NCBI RefSeq assembly: GCF_006345805.1
Contig: NC_043005.1
Span: 89,776,001-89,840,000 of the forward strand
Source: Octopus sinensis
Taxonomy: Eukaryota
Reading direction: 5' to 3'
DNA: 64,000 nucleotides
Shown piece by piece: positions 24,761 through 41,828 of the stretch. The notes beneath the pieces are model-generated. The model was not told the DNA's origin. It made no database searches and worked only from the letters and a program-made list of their open reading frames with translations. How positions within the stretch are numbered: the stretch's first letter is position 1; the number at the start of each line of letters is the position of its first letter. The translations under genes and the position numbers were made by a program.

Positions 24761-26963
24761 GTAAGTTTATAATGATTTCTTCGTATTATTATTTATTCCA
24801 GGTGGGTGATTCAAATGGTGGTGCTTCAAATCCAAAATTCCTTGAGACATTTTTTTCTTTTGTTGTTTGGGTTAAAAACCTTTCTCACTCCAACACCCAC
24901 CCACATCATGGGTTTTCGATACCTGAAATCTTTACACTTGATTTTATCAACCTTTTGAGATAATCCCTGTATATTCTCTGCTCATAATTCATGGAAGGGT
25001 CATGGGGTAGAGTCGTCAGGTATCTCACCCATACGGCCCTAAATCTCTTTCCTAGACACCTAGTTATAGACTTGAAGAGTGAGGCCCTACCAGGAGACCC
25101 CCTATAATTAGAGCTCTCTCTCTTTTGTCTCCCTTTTTAAAAACCCCTTTAGACATCTATAAATAAAATAGTAACGATGTAGTGTCATTGATTTAATCAA
25201 GGGTGCTCTCATCCCTTATTCCAGAATTCTTGATTTTTATTTCTCTCTCTTTTACTTGTTTCAATCATTGGACTGCAGCCATTGGCGTTCAACCTTCTGG
25301 GGTCAACTACTGAGATTTAAGGCTTTCAAACAACCCCAGGCCGTAATCCCCAAATTTCTGTGCCTTTTGTTAGATGTGATTATTATTTGATTTGTGGATT
25401 CGCAGAATTCTTAGGGAACTGGACAAAATAATTTGTGGTATTTAGTTACAGTTGTTTACATTCTGAGTTCAAATGCCATCAAAGTCACCTTTACCTTTCA
25501 TTCTTTATAGAGACAATAGAATGAAATTCCAGTAAAGTCCAGTTAAGGACCAGTCAGGTTTGCCTCGAGCTTATGAGTTCATTTGGCAGGGACATAGCCT
25601 ACCTTTCAATGACTAAAAATACAAACCTCCTCCTGAATGGATTACCAGCCCATTACAGGGATAATCTCTCCCACCAATGTATTACTGGTACTTATTTTCA
25701 TCTTAGTAAACTGGAGTAACACGAAAGGAAGCATTTTACACCAAAAACACAATGTGTTGACTGATCTGGGATTTGAAACCATGACCTTGCAGTTATGAGT
25801 GCAACATATTAACCATTAGATTGTGTCAGACAAAATTCCTTATGGTTCTTCTGGTTCTTTACATAGTGAGTTCAAATCCCACTGTGGTCTACGTTGTCTT
25901 TCACTCTTCAGGGCTCAGCAAAATTTTTCATCGCTCTAGGGCTAATAAAATAAAAGTAACATTCAAATATTAGGGTTGATGTAATTGCCGGCCTTGTGCC
26001 AAAATTATTAACAACTAAAGATGGTCGTCTGAAAGAGTGGTTAACCTTTTAGCGTTTAAACCAGCCATATCCAGCCCGAATGTTCAACCTGGTTTATGTT
26101 CAAACTGACCAGATTTGACCTCTTACACCTACCCTACAATGTCATTCAAGGCATATATAATCAGCAGGCATAGCTGACTGGTAAGAAGATTGTTTCACAA
26201 CCGCATGGTTCTGGGTTAAGTCTCGCTGCCTGACACATTGAGCAAGTGTCTTAGGCCGATCAAAATTTTGCCAGTTGATTTGGAAACTGAGAAAAGCTTT
26301 TTGCACGCGCGCGCGTGTATTGATATATATTTATATATGTGTATATTTCTGTGTTTGTACCCTGCCGCCGCTAGACAACTGGTGTTAGTATTGTGGCAGA
26401 AATATAGTCACTACATCCAATGTCACGACTGGCTAGAACAAAACAAATTCTTACCAATCGGGACGCCACTGAGAGCTGACCTCCTGCAGAGATTCTAGCT
26501 TTTGGAGCGGCCTCTCTGAACCGATTTTAGGCTAATAAAGCACCACATTTCAAGCACCTAAGGCAGAGCTTTTAGACAGAGCACACACTGTGCTAAAAGC
26601 TGCCACACAGAGTGCTGGGAGAGCACGCACAGAGAACACTAAAGGAATGGTCTAGCTGAAGAGATGACCGGTTCACTTGACCGCTGAATAAATCTGGAGG
26701 CTACGAGATAATCCCAGGATTAATTCCAAGCAATGTGAATAAACCTGCATTATATTTGAGAGAGTAATCTGAACGCTAAAGAGTTAAAGTGTCAGAGAAG
26801 GTGCCTTGCTGTACTTTTAGTTGTTTATGTTCTGAGATCAAATCCCAGAGGTCGACTTTACCTTTCATCCCTCCAGGGTCAATAAAATAAAGCCCCACAC
26901 AAATACTGGTGTCAATGGAATCGTCCAGTGCCCTTGCCACTCTGCCTAAATTAGCAATTATTG

Positions 26964-30234
<3,271 letters not shown>

Positions 30235-31869
30235 ATTATTATTATTATTTGATGGTGAAAATTTGGCAATTATTAATTTTACAAGAGTGAAGTGACCGAA
30301 AATAAGGAAATCGTTTTGAGGATTTGGGGTCCATAACAGCAACATGGGATTTCACAGGTGAAGGGGGCCATGGCTGACCAGCCAAGACGTAAAGGGCTCC
30401 CGTGAATCGTCGTGACTGCTGCTAGTGACATATAAATGGCACCTGTGAATCGTAGTCGTCTCGTTTTTATATTATTCTCTGCATATTTTGTGACACTTTT
30501 ATATGCATTTTATTTCTATGGGTGAATGGACTTTCATAGCAGTAATAGAGAAAGTATTATCATTGCTTTTACTGGATTTGAATTTAAGCCATTCGTTTTC
30601 ATTTTTTTAACAACGGATTGCAATTTTATTAACATATTTTTACAGGAATATAAGAAACGTATATTATATTAAAAGCGTAAAAAATTAAATTATCAAAGAA
30701 AAACACCCATAACTACTTCACTAAGGAAAGAAAAAGGAAGTGGAAGATTAAGCAGCAGAAGATTGGGGTGGGGAGTAATGCGTTGTACACCTCCGACCAA
30801 ATGGCATGTTCACCTACACCTCACAGATATTATTGCAAAGGCATTGCTGTGGGGAATGGCCATTGACACTCACTGCAACAGCCACCCTACCTTGCAGGGT
30901 TCATTCCTCAGACGGGACATAGCTATCCTGATTTTGCTGAGGAAATCTGCAGTATGGGGTCCAGGAATATATATGTATTGAGTAAGGTATTAGACATCTG
31001 TTTTATATAACTTTGTATGTCTGGCCCCATATATGTTGTAACCCCTATGTCAATAACGTTAATTGTATTGTTTGTACAAACCCCCACGCCTGATATATGA
31101 TTCTGTGATTGGGATGACATCTTGGATGCATGCTTGGACATTGTGGAATTCGTTATTATGATAGGGAGCGCAAAAGCCTTGCAAACCTGTTTTGAGGTTT
31201 CAAGCTGTCTGACAGGTACTGACTAGAAACAGTATTTTGCTGACCAGCACATAAGGATAGCATAGAGTGTCCACAATATAGAGTGGTCGGCTATTCAAAC
31301 TACTAGGATTTCACTGCTTCTCATGTTTTGTGGAAGGGACACAGTCTACTGGTCCGATGGTCCATCTACTATCAACACCCACTAGTTGGAAGACATGGCT
31401 GTACAGACATGCGCTGTGGTTACATCCTCCAGTAATTCCTTGATGAGGAACAGGCGGAGGTCATCATTTGGTAGATGTATTTTTGCCCAGCTTTTCTCTG
31501 ACAGAGTTGTAATCCTGGGTTGAGCAAAGACCAAGAAAGGGCATCTGGAATGTTGTTAAGCACTCACTGCCCTCTATCAGTTGGGCAAAATTGTCAACAG
31601 AAATTCTAAACTGGCATTGTTTAGAGGATTAGTGGCAGCGAAAAGTACCAATCCTCTTGAGGAATCTCAGAGTGTTGACGAAAATCAACTGGCTGGTCTC
31701 TTCTGAAAGACTTTAAGTCTGGGCCCATGGATAATTTCCAGAAATCCGTGTTATCTGGAAGTGCTATCTGGAATAGGACATTGCTAGTTTGAGAGAAACT
31801 CTACAGGCTGGGAAGTTCTATCAACTGCACCCAATATATATGCGTGCGCGCGCGCGTGTATAATCAAAT

Positions 31870-33110
31870 GAATAATAACAGACGATGGATAATTGTCAGC
31901 TCATTACAGCTGTTTCTTAAGTAAGTTTTTAATGGAAAAATCGAAACATTATATCATTATAAAAAGCCGTAATCATCAGATGAGCAGAAAGTTTAGGAAA
32001 CATAAGAATATTCAAGAATACAGCCGGGCTGTGTCTGCCGATGCCAACTATTAAATGGTAGAATGAACAATTATTATGTTGCCAGTTCAGGTTAAGAATG
32101 TAGTTCTTGAAAGTGTGTAATTTGATGTCTAAGGTCAGTGACTCGGAAGAGAAGGAGCCTGCGAGACTAGATCACAGGTAGACTGGAGTGGGTTGTAGGA
32201 GGAATTTATGATATTAGGTTATGAGTTGTGGTAAGTAAGGAGGGGGTCACCAAACAGTAAGGATAAGGAGAAAAAAGAAGATAAAATCAAACGTAAGGGT
32301 GCAGAAAAAATAAATCTAAAATAAATATAAAAGCATACGAGCCGAACAGGTAAAGGGTTGGGGTATAGGAATATCTCGCTAGTGGCAAATGACCAGGGAA
32401 GGGGGATAGAGAAACATAGAAATGTAGGGGGTATTCTGTGGAGTGCTACCTATCAATAAGGAGTTTAAAAACTTAAAGCAAGATGGTGTTATATAATGAA
32501 TTAAACCTAGTAAGGGATTAGAGTAAATAGCAGATCGGAATCAGGAAGGCCAGTGATAGGGAGTAGTCTAATGATTAACTATGGAATGTTAAACGGGTGG
32601 CGATGATATCAATATTGGATGGTATAAAGATTTTTGTGTGAATCAGGTGAAGCAACCCAAGATGATAAGTCGCGGGTACGAGGTTGGGATAATGTATTCT
32701 ATCCAGTCTATCACGAGCGCTGCCCGCAAAACTGTATGTTGGTGTCAGCAGTAAATAATTAGTAGAAAATGGAAACGAACTGTCTCGGGTGTGCTACTAG
32801 GAGTTAAGTATCACTGTCATCGCTATTGCATAATACCGGGCACACCACGGATAGAATGATTAGTTCTTCCTTCAATATAGCATAACATAGAAGTATAATA
32901 AGAGCGTTTAAAAGGTAAAGGTAATGGGGAAATGAGACTGGGAGGGCTCAGAAACAAATGGGTAGATCGAGGTCAGTGAGAGAGGAAGTAAATTGGATCG
33001 GACCTAGATTGGAGGCTATTGTAGACGCTGTTTGATGTCCTTAAAGTGTTTAAAGATATTCACTGTCAGATCTCCTTAAAATTTCAAATAGATCCATGTA
33101 GCAAGGTTTG
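31870..33110 (-). mobile_element. Degenerate PLE 3' fragment (GIY-YIG C-terminal remnant, UTR, pseudo-LTR)
   Basis: Minus-strand FEILRRSDSEYL-like remnant near 33000-33110; hammerhead at 31899-31985. Confidence 0.5.
31899..31985 (-). ncRNA. Type I hammerhead ribozyme with ~56-nt stem/loop II
   Basis: Stem I GCTCAT/ATGAGC (6 bp); core CTGATGA; stem II TTACG/CTTAA (4 of 5 pairs); GAA; stem III ACAGCTGT; A17=31905. Confidence 0.75.
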
Positions 33111-33458
33111 CATCCGTATTTACTGTTTAAGTACGGTCAGCCTGCCACAAATAGGGATAACAGCTGTATGCCACAACTACAAATAGTAGCAGCTGTATGG
33201 ATTCCTTTAGCTTAAGCCCACACAACACTCCTTCTTATAATACTCTCTCCACTAGCCGTAACAACAGCGCACCTATTCCTATTTACGTTACCGATATGCT
33301 ATACGCACAGAACTCTAACACCTGTGCTAGTGATCGTTTCTTTATTCCACCCACCCTCGACCTTCTAGTGTCACTATCTGAAAGCCAAATCTCTTAGGTC
33401 AACGCCCAGTAGCAACACTCTCCAACACAGGACTCGGTAACTAATTTTAATCATGATA

Positions 33459-33598
33459 TTAGGTTGTCCCAAAAGTTCGTAAACACTTGCGAAAATTGAA
33501 TTTTTACTCGCCAAGTACTAACAAAAACAACAAAATTATTCCTCAAAATAAAGACCATTATTTTCCAAGACTTTCTACGAACTTTAGGGACAACCTTA
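33459..33598. mobile_element. 140-bp mariner-type MITE
   Basis: 22-bp TIRs TTAGGTTGTCCCAAAAGTTCGT / ACGAACTTTAGGGACAACCTTA (2 mismatches); TA on each side. Confidence 0.8.
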
Positions 33599-33607
33599 TA
33601 GTATCGA

Positions 33608-34590
33608 TCATAGTAATATAAACTCAAGGTGTTGTACTGAATGACCAGTAGAGCGGAAATGGCGCCAGACCGGGGTGTCGTTGCCGAGTCTAATGTCTCG
33701 GAGGTGCTCCGCGAACCGGTCAGCCAAGTGGCGTCCCGTTTGACCGATGTAAAGAGAAGGACAGAAAGAGCAGGAGATGAGTACATGACGTTGCCAGAAG
33801 TGCATGTAAAGGAGTCAGTGATATGATAGGGACGATGATGAGTGCCTGTGAGGATGATGGGGTTGGAGAGGTAGGGGCAAGTGCGGAGGCTTGGGTGGAG
33901 GTTCCCGATAGATTCAGGAACTTGGAAAGGTATGCACCATGTAGGGTTGGGTAATGTGTGTGGTTTTGGTCTATGGTTGGTGAGAGTCGAAATATCAGAT
34001 AGGATATTTCGGGTGTGTAAACAGAGAAAACAGAGAAAACCAACACTCTACCACACCACACAACACACCACATCCCACCACTCCGCAACACTAGTACTGA
34101 CCACTTCCCAGCTCCCACACCCCAACACACACCACCACACCACACACCATCATACCACATCATATCACACCACCCGCACACTAGTATTACCACTTCCCAG
34201 CATCCACACTGTTATCCACACACCCACACTTTACAGACGCACACACTTACACACGCACACGTCCACACGTCAAGGTCACCATCCCCTATCCACACGCACA
34301 CACACACACACACTCTCGCATAGTTTTGGGATCGCCAATACTTTATTATCTCCCCCTTTTCATAGTTTTTCTGTCTAACCACCTCTGTCCAACCAGCCAC
34401 CATCATTGACCGCGAGTCCCTAAAGCCTTTTTATTCTCTCTCTGTTTATTTCCTCGTGTTCCATTCTGTTGAAGAGCGTAGGCTCGAAACATAAAAGACT
34501 TTCTCACCTTCCCGAGCGTTAAACTAACGCACCTGTTTGTTGTTTATACATCTGTCGTCGTCTTTTGATCTTCTGTAAATTCCAGCTATA
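33608..34590. mobile_element. PLE fragment with internal inversion: GIY-YIG part on minus strand (33608-34020), 3'UTR/pseudo-LTR on plus strand (34030-34590)
   Basis: SLYIGQTGRHLADRFAEHLRDI and RTCPYL...HITDSFTCTS on minus strand; pLTR-type tail on plus strand. Confidence 0.75.
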
Positions 34591-34614
34591 TATATATATA
34601 TGTGTGTGGGTGCG

Positions 34615-34675
<61 letters not shown>

Positions 34676-34846
34676 AGAATTTTCTAAACGAAAATTATTC
34701 ATGAGGAATACCTCAAAAGGAGGAAAGCCTTAATGAATAGTTTTTTTATGTAAATTCTACCTCCTTTTTTAATACATACATACATACATAAATACATACA
34801 TGATGATGATGATGATGATGACGATGATGATGATATATACAAATAT

Positions 34847-35025
34847 AAAATTATAATTTAGGGTAACCAAGAGATACCTCCACGCTGGAAATTGCACTCA
34901 AAACTTGACTCTAAAACCATATTAAATGTTCACATTAAATGAACATTTAATGTGGTTTTAGAGTCAAGTTTTGACTGCTATTTCCAGCGTGGAGGTATCT
35001 CTTGCATACCCTAAATTATAATTTT
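34847..35025. repeat. Near-perfect palindrome (~86-bp arms, 7-nt loop)
   Basis: 34847-34932 vs 34940-35025 are reverse complements with a few mismatches. Confidence 0.85.
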
Positions 35026-35141
35026 TAATAATTAGCTTTGAAACGTTTTTATTCCCATGTTGGCCACCTGATACGATCGGTATTTAAATATCGATCTTAT
35101 TCTTATTTATATAAATTTATATATATATATATATACACACA

Positions 35142-35205
<64 letters not shown>

Positions 35206-35228
35206 TGTGTATATATATATATATATAT

Positions 35229-35274
<46 letters not shown>

Positions 35275-35681
35275 TCTTTTACTTGTTTCAATCATTTGAC
35301 TGCGGCCATGCTGGCGCACCGCCTTTAGGCGAGCAAATCGACCCCAGGACTTATTTTTTGTAAGCCTAGTACTTATTCTATCGGTCTCTTTTGCCGAACA
35401 CACCAGCATCGGTTGTCAAGCGATGCTGGGGGGGACAAATGCAGACACACAAACATATATAGACGCATACGTATATATATACATATATACGACGGGCTTC
35501 TTTCAGTTTCCGTCTACCAAATCCACTCACAAGGCTTTGGCCGATCCGAGGCTAAAGTAGAAGACACTTGCCCAAGGTGCCACGCAGTGGGACTGAACCC
35601 AGAACCATGTGGTTGGGAAGCAAGCTACTTACCACACAACTACTCCTGCGCCTATATGTCACACACACACACACACACACG

Positions 35682-35724
<43 letters not shown>

Positions 35725-37104
35725 ACACACACATATATATATGACAAGCTTCTGTTAATTTCCACCAATCAAATCCACTCACAAGGCTTCGGTAGGCTAA
35801 GGTGTATTTTAAAAAGATTTTCACAAAGTGTCAATGAGTGATACTGAATTTGAATCCATGTGGTTGGGATGAAAACTTAACCACATCTACACCGACAGAT
35901 AAATAACTAGATAAACAAATAGATAGATCGAGCAATCAATTAAGGAACAGACAAGCAAACAAATTTGAATCCATTACACGATGTTTTTAATCTTCTGATC
36001 GATTTTAATTTTCATTTCTAATTACACAGACGACCCAACACATTAAACGATAACGAAATAATTCATCGAATTTAAGAGCTTTTTATTTTATAATTGAACC
36101 CAACGAAGGATTAATAAATCTAGCATCGTTCACCTAATTGCTTTAAATGTCTTCACACTAATAAACCCCTTTTGCACTATTGACCATCCCATAATATTCA
36201 GACAACCAACACCTGCCTAATGGGTTTCTGCAGAATGCAAAGATGCTTGTTGCTATTATTTTCACAAAGTTGTATATTCCTAGGAATTTATCATATATTT
36301 TTGCACATTTGAAGTTTCTCCAAATAATAACATTTTAATAAGAGAAGTTGTTCAGTGTGAGAAAATTAAATTATCAGAAGGCATTTTTGGGGGTGGTTAA
36401 CATAACAGAGGTTTATTTAAAATGAGGATAACACTGTATCAAATAAACAAAGATAATTATGATCCTCCCTTGTGTATAAGGGTGTGTGCGACAATAGAAA
36501 TAACGATCAGCTGGAGTGATGCTGGCAGAGAAAAGCGTTTGCGAACTTAATGAGCAGTAAATATCCATGCGTTGTGTGAAAGAGAAAATGTAATAAGTTG
36601 TTTCCAAGTGAGTGTATAAGTAAGCAATCAGCGTGTCGTTTCGTGTGACCGAAGTCACTGGACAGTTGATGATCGCTTAACTTTTCAGCTTCTAGGTAGC
36701 TATTGAATGTTTTTTTAAGTTTCCGTGCCCTTCAGCTGGGCAGAGGTCGTCATGTATATTGCTCCACCACTAGCTTTTAAAGGGCAGAGGAACGCAGTAC
36801 CAGTGTATTGTTATGCGGGGCGAAATAGTTCGACTGCCCTGCTACACCATAAGTGATATGTAGGGCATTGTATTATATTCTTATTTTATTTCCGTTTTAT
36901 TACATTTTATTGTACTTTTTTCAGTGACCTTCTTTAATATCGTGTTATTCTTTAATAATATCGTGTTATTCTTTAATTCTTTAATAAAATAATATTGCAA
37001 AATCAGGGTTTCTTTTGGGTCAACAACCGAGCTCTTAAATTTTGTTATTTTTTCTAGTGCATAAGTACTTAACCAATGTGTGTATGTGTGAATATATGCC
37101 TTTA

Positions 37105-37154
<50 letters not shown>

Positions 37155-37320
37155 AATTGCAAAAAAACCACATGTAAACACGATATTTTTGTTAACTGAG
37201 AAGTGTATTTGAAAGAGAATAATGCATGAGAAGAAGAAAAGATAGCGAAAAAGATAACTTCTCAGTTAACAAAAATATCGTGTTTACATGTGTTTTTTTT
37301 TTTGCAATTCATGTGTGTGT

Positions 37321-37402
<82 letters not shown>

Positions 37403-37468
37403 GTGTGTGTGTGTACTTATGCACTAGAAAAAATAACAAAATTTAAGAGCTCGGTTGTTGACCCAAAA

Positions 37469-40400
37469 TGTTACACATTCATGTCTATGTGTTTACATAT
37501 GCCAAACTACATCCCCACTCTTGGCACAATTTTGTTAGTGAACAGTACAACTGTGTGTAAAGTATATATTGTATTAGTACGCTGAATGTCGAGTCCGTGT
37601 AACATGAGAAGTAAATAAACCCGTAACAATAACAATGGTTTTCATTTGGTTGTCTATCCCATTAGAACCCAAACTACACATAACATGGTGGCAGCGGTAA
37701 ATAATTAATCGGGAACTGTGCCTTTACAACGATACAGAAACACAACGAACGAGGAATTAACAAACATAACATCGCTTCGCCTTAGTACAACAAACACGAC
37801 GATCCAAGATGGTGACCCCCGTCGCCGTACAGATGAATCTACGTCCGATTATGAACTGGGATTCTAGTGATGTAGAAGCATTTAAAAAATTTAAACAAAA
37901 AACTCAACTAGCTTTCAAAAGTTTCCTGAAAGGCACAACTGACGATGAGAAGGTAAGCTATTTCCTTTTATGGTCAGGTAATAAAGGAATAGACCTATTC
38001 AATAGCTGGGATATGTCAGAATCGGACTGCAATAACCCAGACACACTTCTTGAGAAATTTGAAAGGCACCTAGAGCCCAGGTCGAACCATAGAATTCACA
38101 GATACGAATTCCAGGGCCTGAAACAAGATCCACAAGAAACAATTGACAATTTCCTGTCAAGACTGAAAAATGTTGCAGAGAAATGCAAATTCAAAGACAG
38201 GGAGGAGAGAATTGTAGACCAATTAATATGGGTGTGTGCCCACAAAGAAGTACAAAAATCACTAATGGGTAAGGACGCTCTCCAGTTGGTAGAGGCAGTA
38301 GACACTGCAAGAGCATTCGAAGCCACTACCAAACAAATGGCCTCACTTAGCTTACAAACAAGCTCACTAGATAGCAGTGTAGATATTGTATCTAGGCACA
38401 GGACACATACCCACAAACAAAGAACATGCCAGTACTGTGGTACAGAGCATGAATTTAATAACCGAAAAAAATGTCCTGCATTCGGTACACACTGCAAAGC
38501 ATATGGAAAACTTAACCACTGGGAAAAAATGTGTAGGTTAACAAAATCCCAGAAATACAAGCCCCAATTTTCAAAGAGGAGCAGAAATAGAAGAGATATA
38601 CATGCACAACAACAGGAACAAAACACCTCAGAGGAGGAATTCTTGGCAGTCGGCATAATAAATGTGCATGAGATGGGAAAGGACGACCGGAAGAAAGAAG
38701 ATGAGGCATACACGACAATAAAAATACAGAAGAAGTCTGGCAGGAAACGAACAAACATAGACTTAAGGCTAAAGATTGACACTGGGGCCCAGAGTGATAT
38801 CTTGCCTGTCAGCTTATACAAGAAGATGTTCCCAGAAAATATGACAGAAGAGGATAGGGTCAGGAAAGGAATCCCCACACCAAGTGATGTAATCCTCACT
38901 GCGTATGGAGGAACCAGGATTCCACAACTGGGTAAAACAACTATCACAGGGACACACAAAGGAAAAATAATTAAGTGTTCTTTTTATGTCACAAGAACAG
39001 AAGGGCCAGCAATTCTTGGACTCAATACCTGCAAAAAGCTAAACATTGTATCAATCAATGCTGAAGTGAAAGCAGCTCCAAGCAGGATTGACAGTGATAT
39101 GCCTATCAAAGACCGACCACCAATCACAAACAAACAGGAGATGGAAGGACTAAGCATAAAGGTCCACCACATTGTAAATGTGACAACCACAAAGCTAGCG
39201 GAAATCAAAGAGGAGACCAGCAAAGATGAAGAACTTCAGCTCCTTACTCAGATGGTGATTCAAGGGTGGCCAGAAAAGAGACATCAGGTGCAACCCCTGA
39301 TTCGTGAATATTGGGCCATCCATGATAATATATCAGTGGAGAATGGAATCCTGATGGCTGGATCCCGAATAATTATACCCAAGTCAATGCAAGAAGAGAT
39401 TCTTGACAAGATCCACCAAGGGCATCTCGGAATGGAGAAATGCAAGCTCCGAGCCAAGTCAGCAGTATATTGAGTAGGCATGTACAAAGACATAGAAAAG
39501 ATAGTTTCTACATGCCACATCTGTCAAAAGTACAGAAACTCACAACAAAAGGAGGAAATGATATCTAGTGACATCCCAAGAAGGCCATGGCAAACTATTG
39601 GAGTAGATCTGTTCACAGAGGGCCAAGAATGGTATTTGATAATGGCCTGCTACTACTCCAAATTTCCATTTGTGAGAAAAGTGAAAGACCTGACAGCCGA
39701 AACAATCACTACAGTGGCTCGAGGACTTCTAGCAGAGCAAGGAATACCAGAGCAGATCATATGTGACAATGGAACCCAGTTCACATCACAAGAATTCAAA
39801 AAGCTAGCCGATGAGTATGGGTTCAATATTACAACTTCATCTCCACACTACCCCAAAGGCCATGGGTTTATAGAAAGACAGGTGCAGACAGTGAAGAGAA
39901 CACTAGTCAAATGCCGAGAGACTAAGGAAGATCCACACCTGGCACTTCTGTCCCTACGAGCGACACCACTGAGAGCTGATATGAAATCCTCAGCAGAATT
40001 GCTGAATGGCATGAAGTACAAAACTACCCTGCCAACTAATATCCAACCTCCTATTGACCAGGAAGAGACAAGGGCAAAGCTTGCAGCCACTCAAGAACAA
40101 TCACAGAGGTATTACAACAAACATGCACAATGTTTACCTGAGATACTTGGAGGACAACATGTGCATACTCAAGATCCCATAACTAAAACATGGATCCCAG
40201 CTCAGGTTGTCAGTAGAGCTGAAACTCCAAGATCATATATAATGGAAACGGAATCTGGTAGGCAGCTGAGACGCAACAGGGCCCACATCCGCCCAACACC
40301 AGAGCTGTCGAGGACAACGTGTACAACACCTGCTGCATTAGTGACAACACCCACAGAATCATCACCCCAACGTGCACCAACCACCTATCAGCAGCCCAAC

Positions 40401-40947
40401 AACACACCTCAGACACCGGTGCGAAGCACAAGATCCACCAGATGGAGAATAAACATTCTGCCACCGGTTCGATACCGTTAAAGAAAAAAAAAAAGGGAAA
40501 ATGAAAAGAGAAGTAACTAATACTTGGCGGTGCCCCAGCATGGCCACAGCTCATGAGCTGAAACTAGAATCAATTAATCAATACAGCTAGACTACAAAGC
40601 AGAGGCAGAATAATCTCACGATTTCTGCTGTAGGATTGCCACCTCAGGCTGACAATCCATAGAGTAAGGGAGACTACTTATATTGTCTTCACTGCCAAAA
40701 GACCCCTTTATTTTTTTCAAGAAGAAGGGATGTTACACATTCATATCTATGTGTTTACGTATGCCAAACTACATCCCCACTCTTGGCACTATTTTGTTAG
40801 TGAACAGTACAACTGTGTGTAAAGTATATATTGTATTAGTACGCTGAATGTCGAGTCCGTGTAACATGAGAAGTAAATAAACACGTAACAATAACAATGG
40901 TTTTCATTTGGTTGTCTATCCCATTAGAACCCAAACTACACATAACA
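37469..40947 (+). mobile_element. Ty3/Gypsy LTR retrotransposon with internal deletion of RT/RNase H
   Basis: 217-bp TG...CA LTRs (37469-37685, 40731-40947; 4 differences); TSD CAAAA; PBS TGGTGGCAGCGGT (tRNA-Leu-like 3' end); PPT AAGAAGAAGGGA. Confidence 0.95.
37809..40481 (+). pseudogene. gag-protease-integrase frame of the Gypsy element, one in-frame TGA (39471-39473), no RT/RNase H
   Basis: Zn knuckles CQYCGTEH...C; protease KIDTGAQ; integrase HQGHLG...CHIC, VDLF, CDNGTQF, IERQVQTVK; both ORFs are in the same frame. Confidence 0.85.
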
Positions 40948-40952
40948 CAAAA

Positions 40953-41828
40953 GAAACCCTAATTTTGCAATATTATTTTATTCACATAGTTTTGCATATT
41001 TATACTTTTATCGCCTTCAAAGTATTCTCCATTTGAAGGAATGCATCCTTCCAGGTGTGTTCTCCGCTATTCGAAGCTGTGCTAGAATTCTTGCGAAGTG
41101 ATGCCTTTTAACGCCTCCATCGTTTTTTCCTTCACCTCTTCCACGTCTGCAAATTCCGTAGTACCAGCTTTTATCACCAGTGATGACCTCCGAAAGACGG
41201 TTCGGATCAACTTCCAGCTGTTCTTTCAGTTCACAAAACACATTCAGTCTTTTAATCTTGCGTGAGCAAGTGAGGCACAAATTTTGCTGCAACCCTTTTC
41301 ATTCGCAATTCCTCGCTCAAAATTCGTTTACAGGAGCTCCAGAACACATCGGTCATATCAACAAGTTCGTCAAATTGATTGGTGACGGTCCTCCAAGATC
41401 AGTTCATGGATTTTCATGATATTTGCATTCGTTCGGTAGGTCTACGGTCGTCCTGAACGAGGTTGGTTTTCAAGCGTCAAGTAACCATTCCCCAAAGCAC
41501 AGAAACCACTCGAAAACTTGTGATATGCTCGTAGCAGCGTCCTTGTAAGCTGTTTGAAGCAAGAGAACAACTGCTTCAGCGGCCGTTTTCCCCAGCAGAA
41601 ATCAGAACCACGCTGTTCCTACGTTTCAGCCATCGCAAAAGTCAACGAACAGGGGAGAAGCACTGCAAAGCAAAGACGCACCGCGTGAGAGTACGAGGTC
41701 AGTCGACGACGCCGGTCGGCATACTGATGTCTGAGGGCGACATCGAGTGGCTTCTAGTGGTGGAAGCCTGAACTACAACGGGCCTATCCCACAGAGGACG
41801 TTTCTGCTTATTTTTGAATGTCCCCTCG
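40953..41828 (-). mobile_element. Internally deleted mariner element
   Basis: Remnants ILSEELRMKRVAAKFVPHLL, VITGDKSW, EFADVEEVKEKTMEALKG; terminal ...cccctcg|ta. Confidence 0.8.

Larger units (their letters stand above)
36983..40982. repeat. Foldback element (left arm 36983-37204; right arm 37257-37468 + 40948-40982) split by the Gypsy insertion
   Basis: Unique segments and (CA)n/(TG)n tracts mirror each other; the right arm resumes after the 3' LTR. Confidence 0.8.

Noticed and set aside
30770-31830. Possible decayed retroelement coding region
   Set aside because: Many stops and no motif I can identify with confidence; needs tBLASTx.
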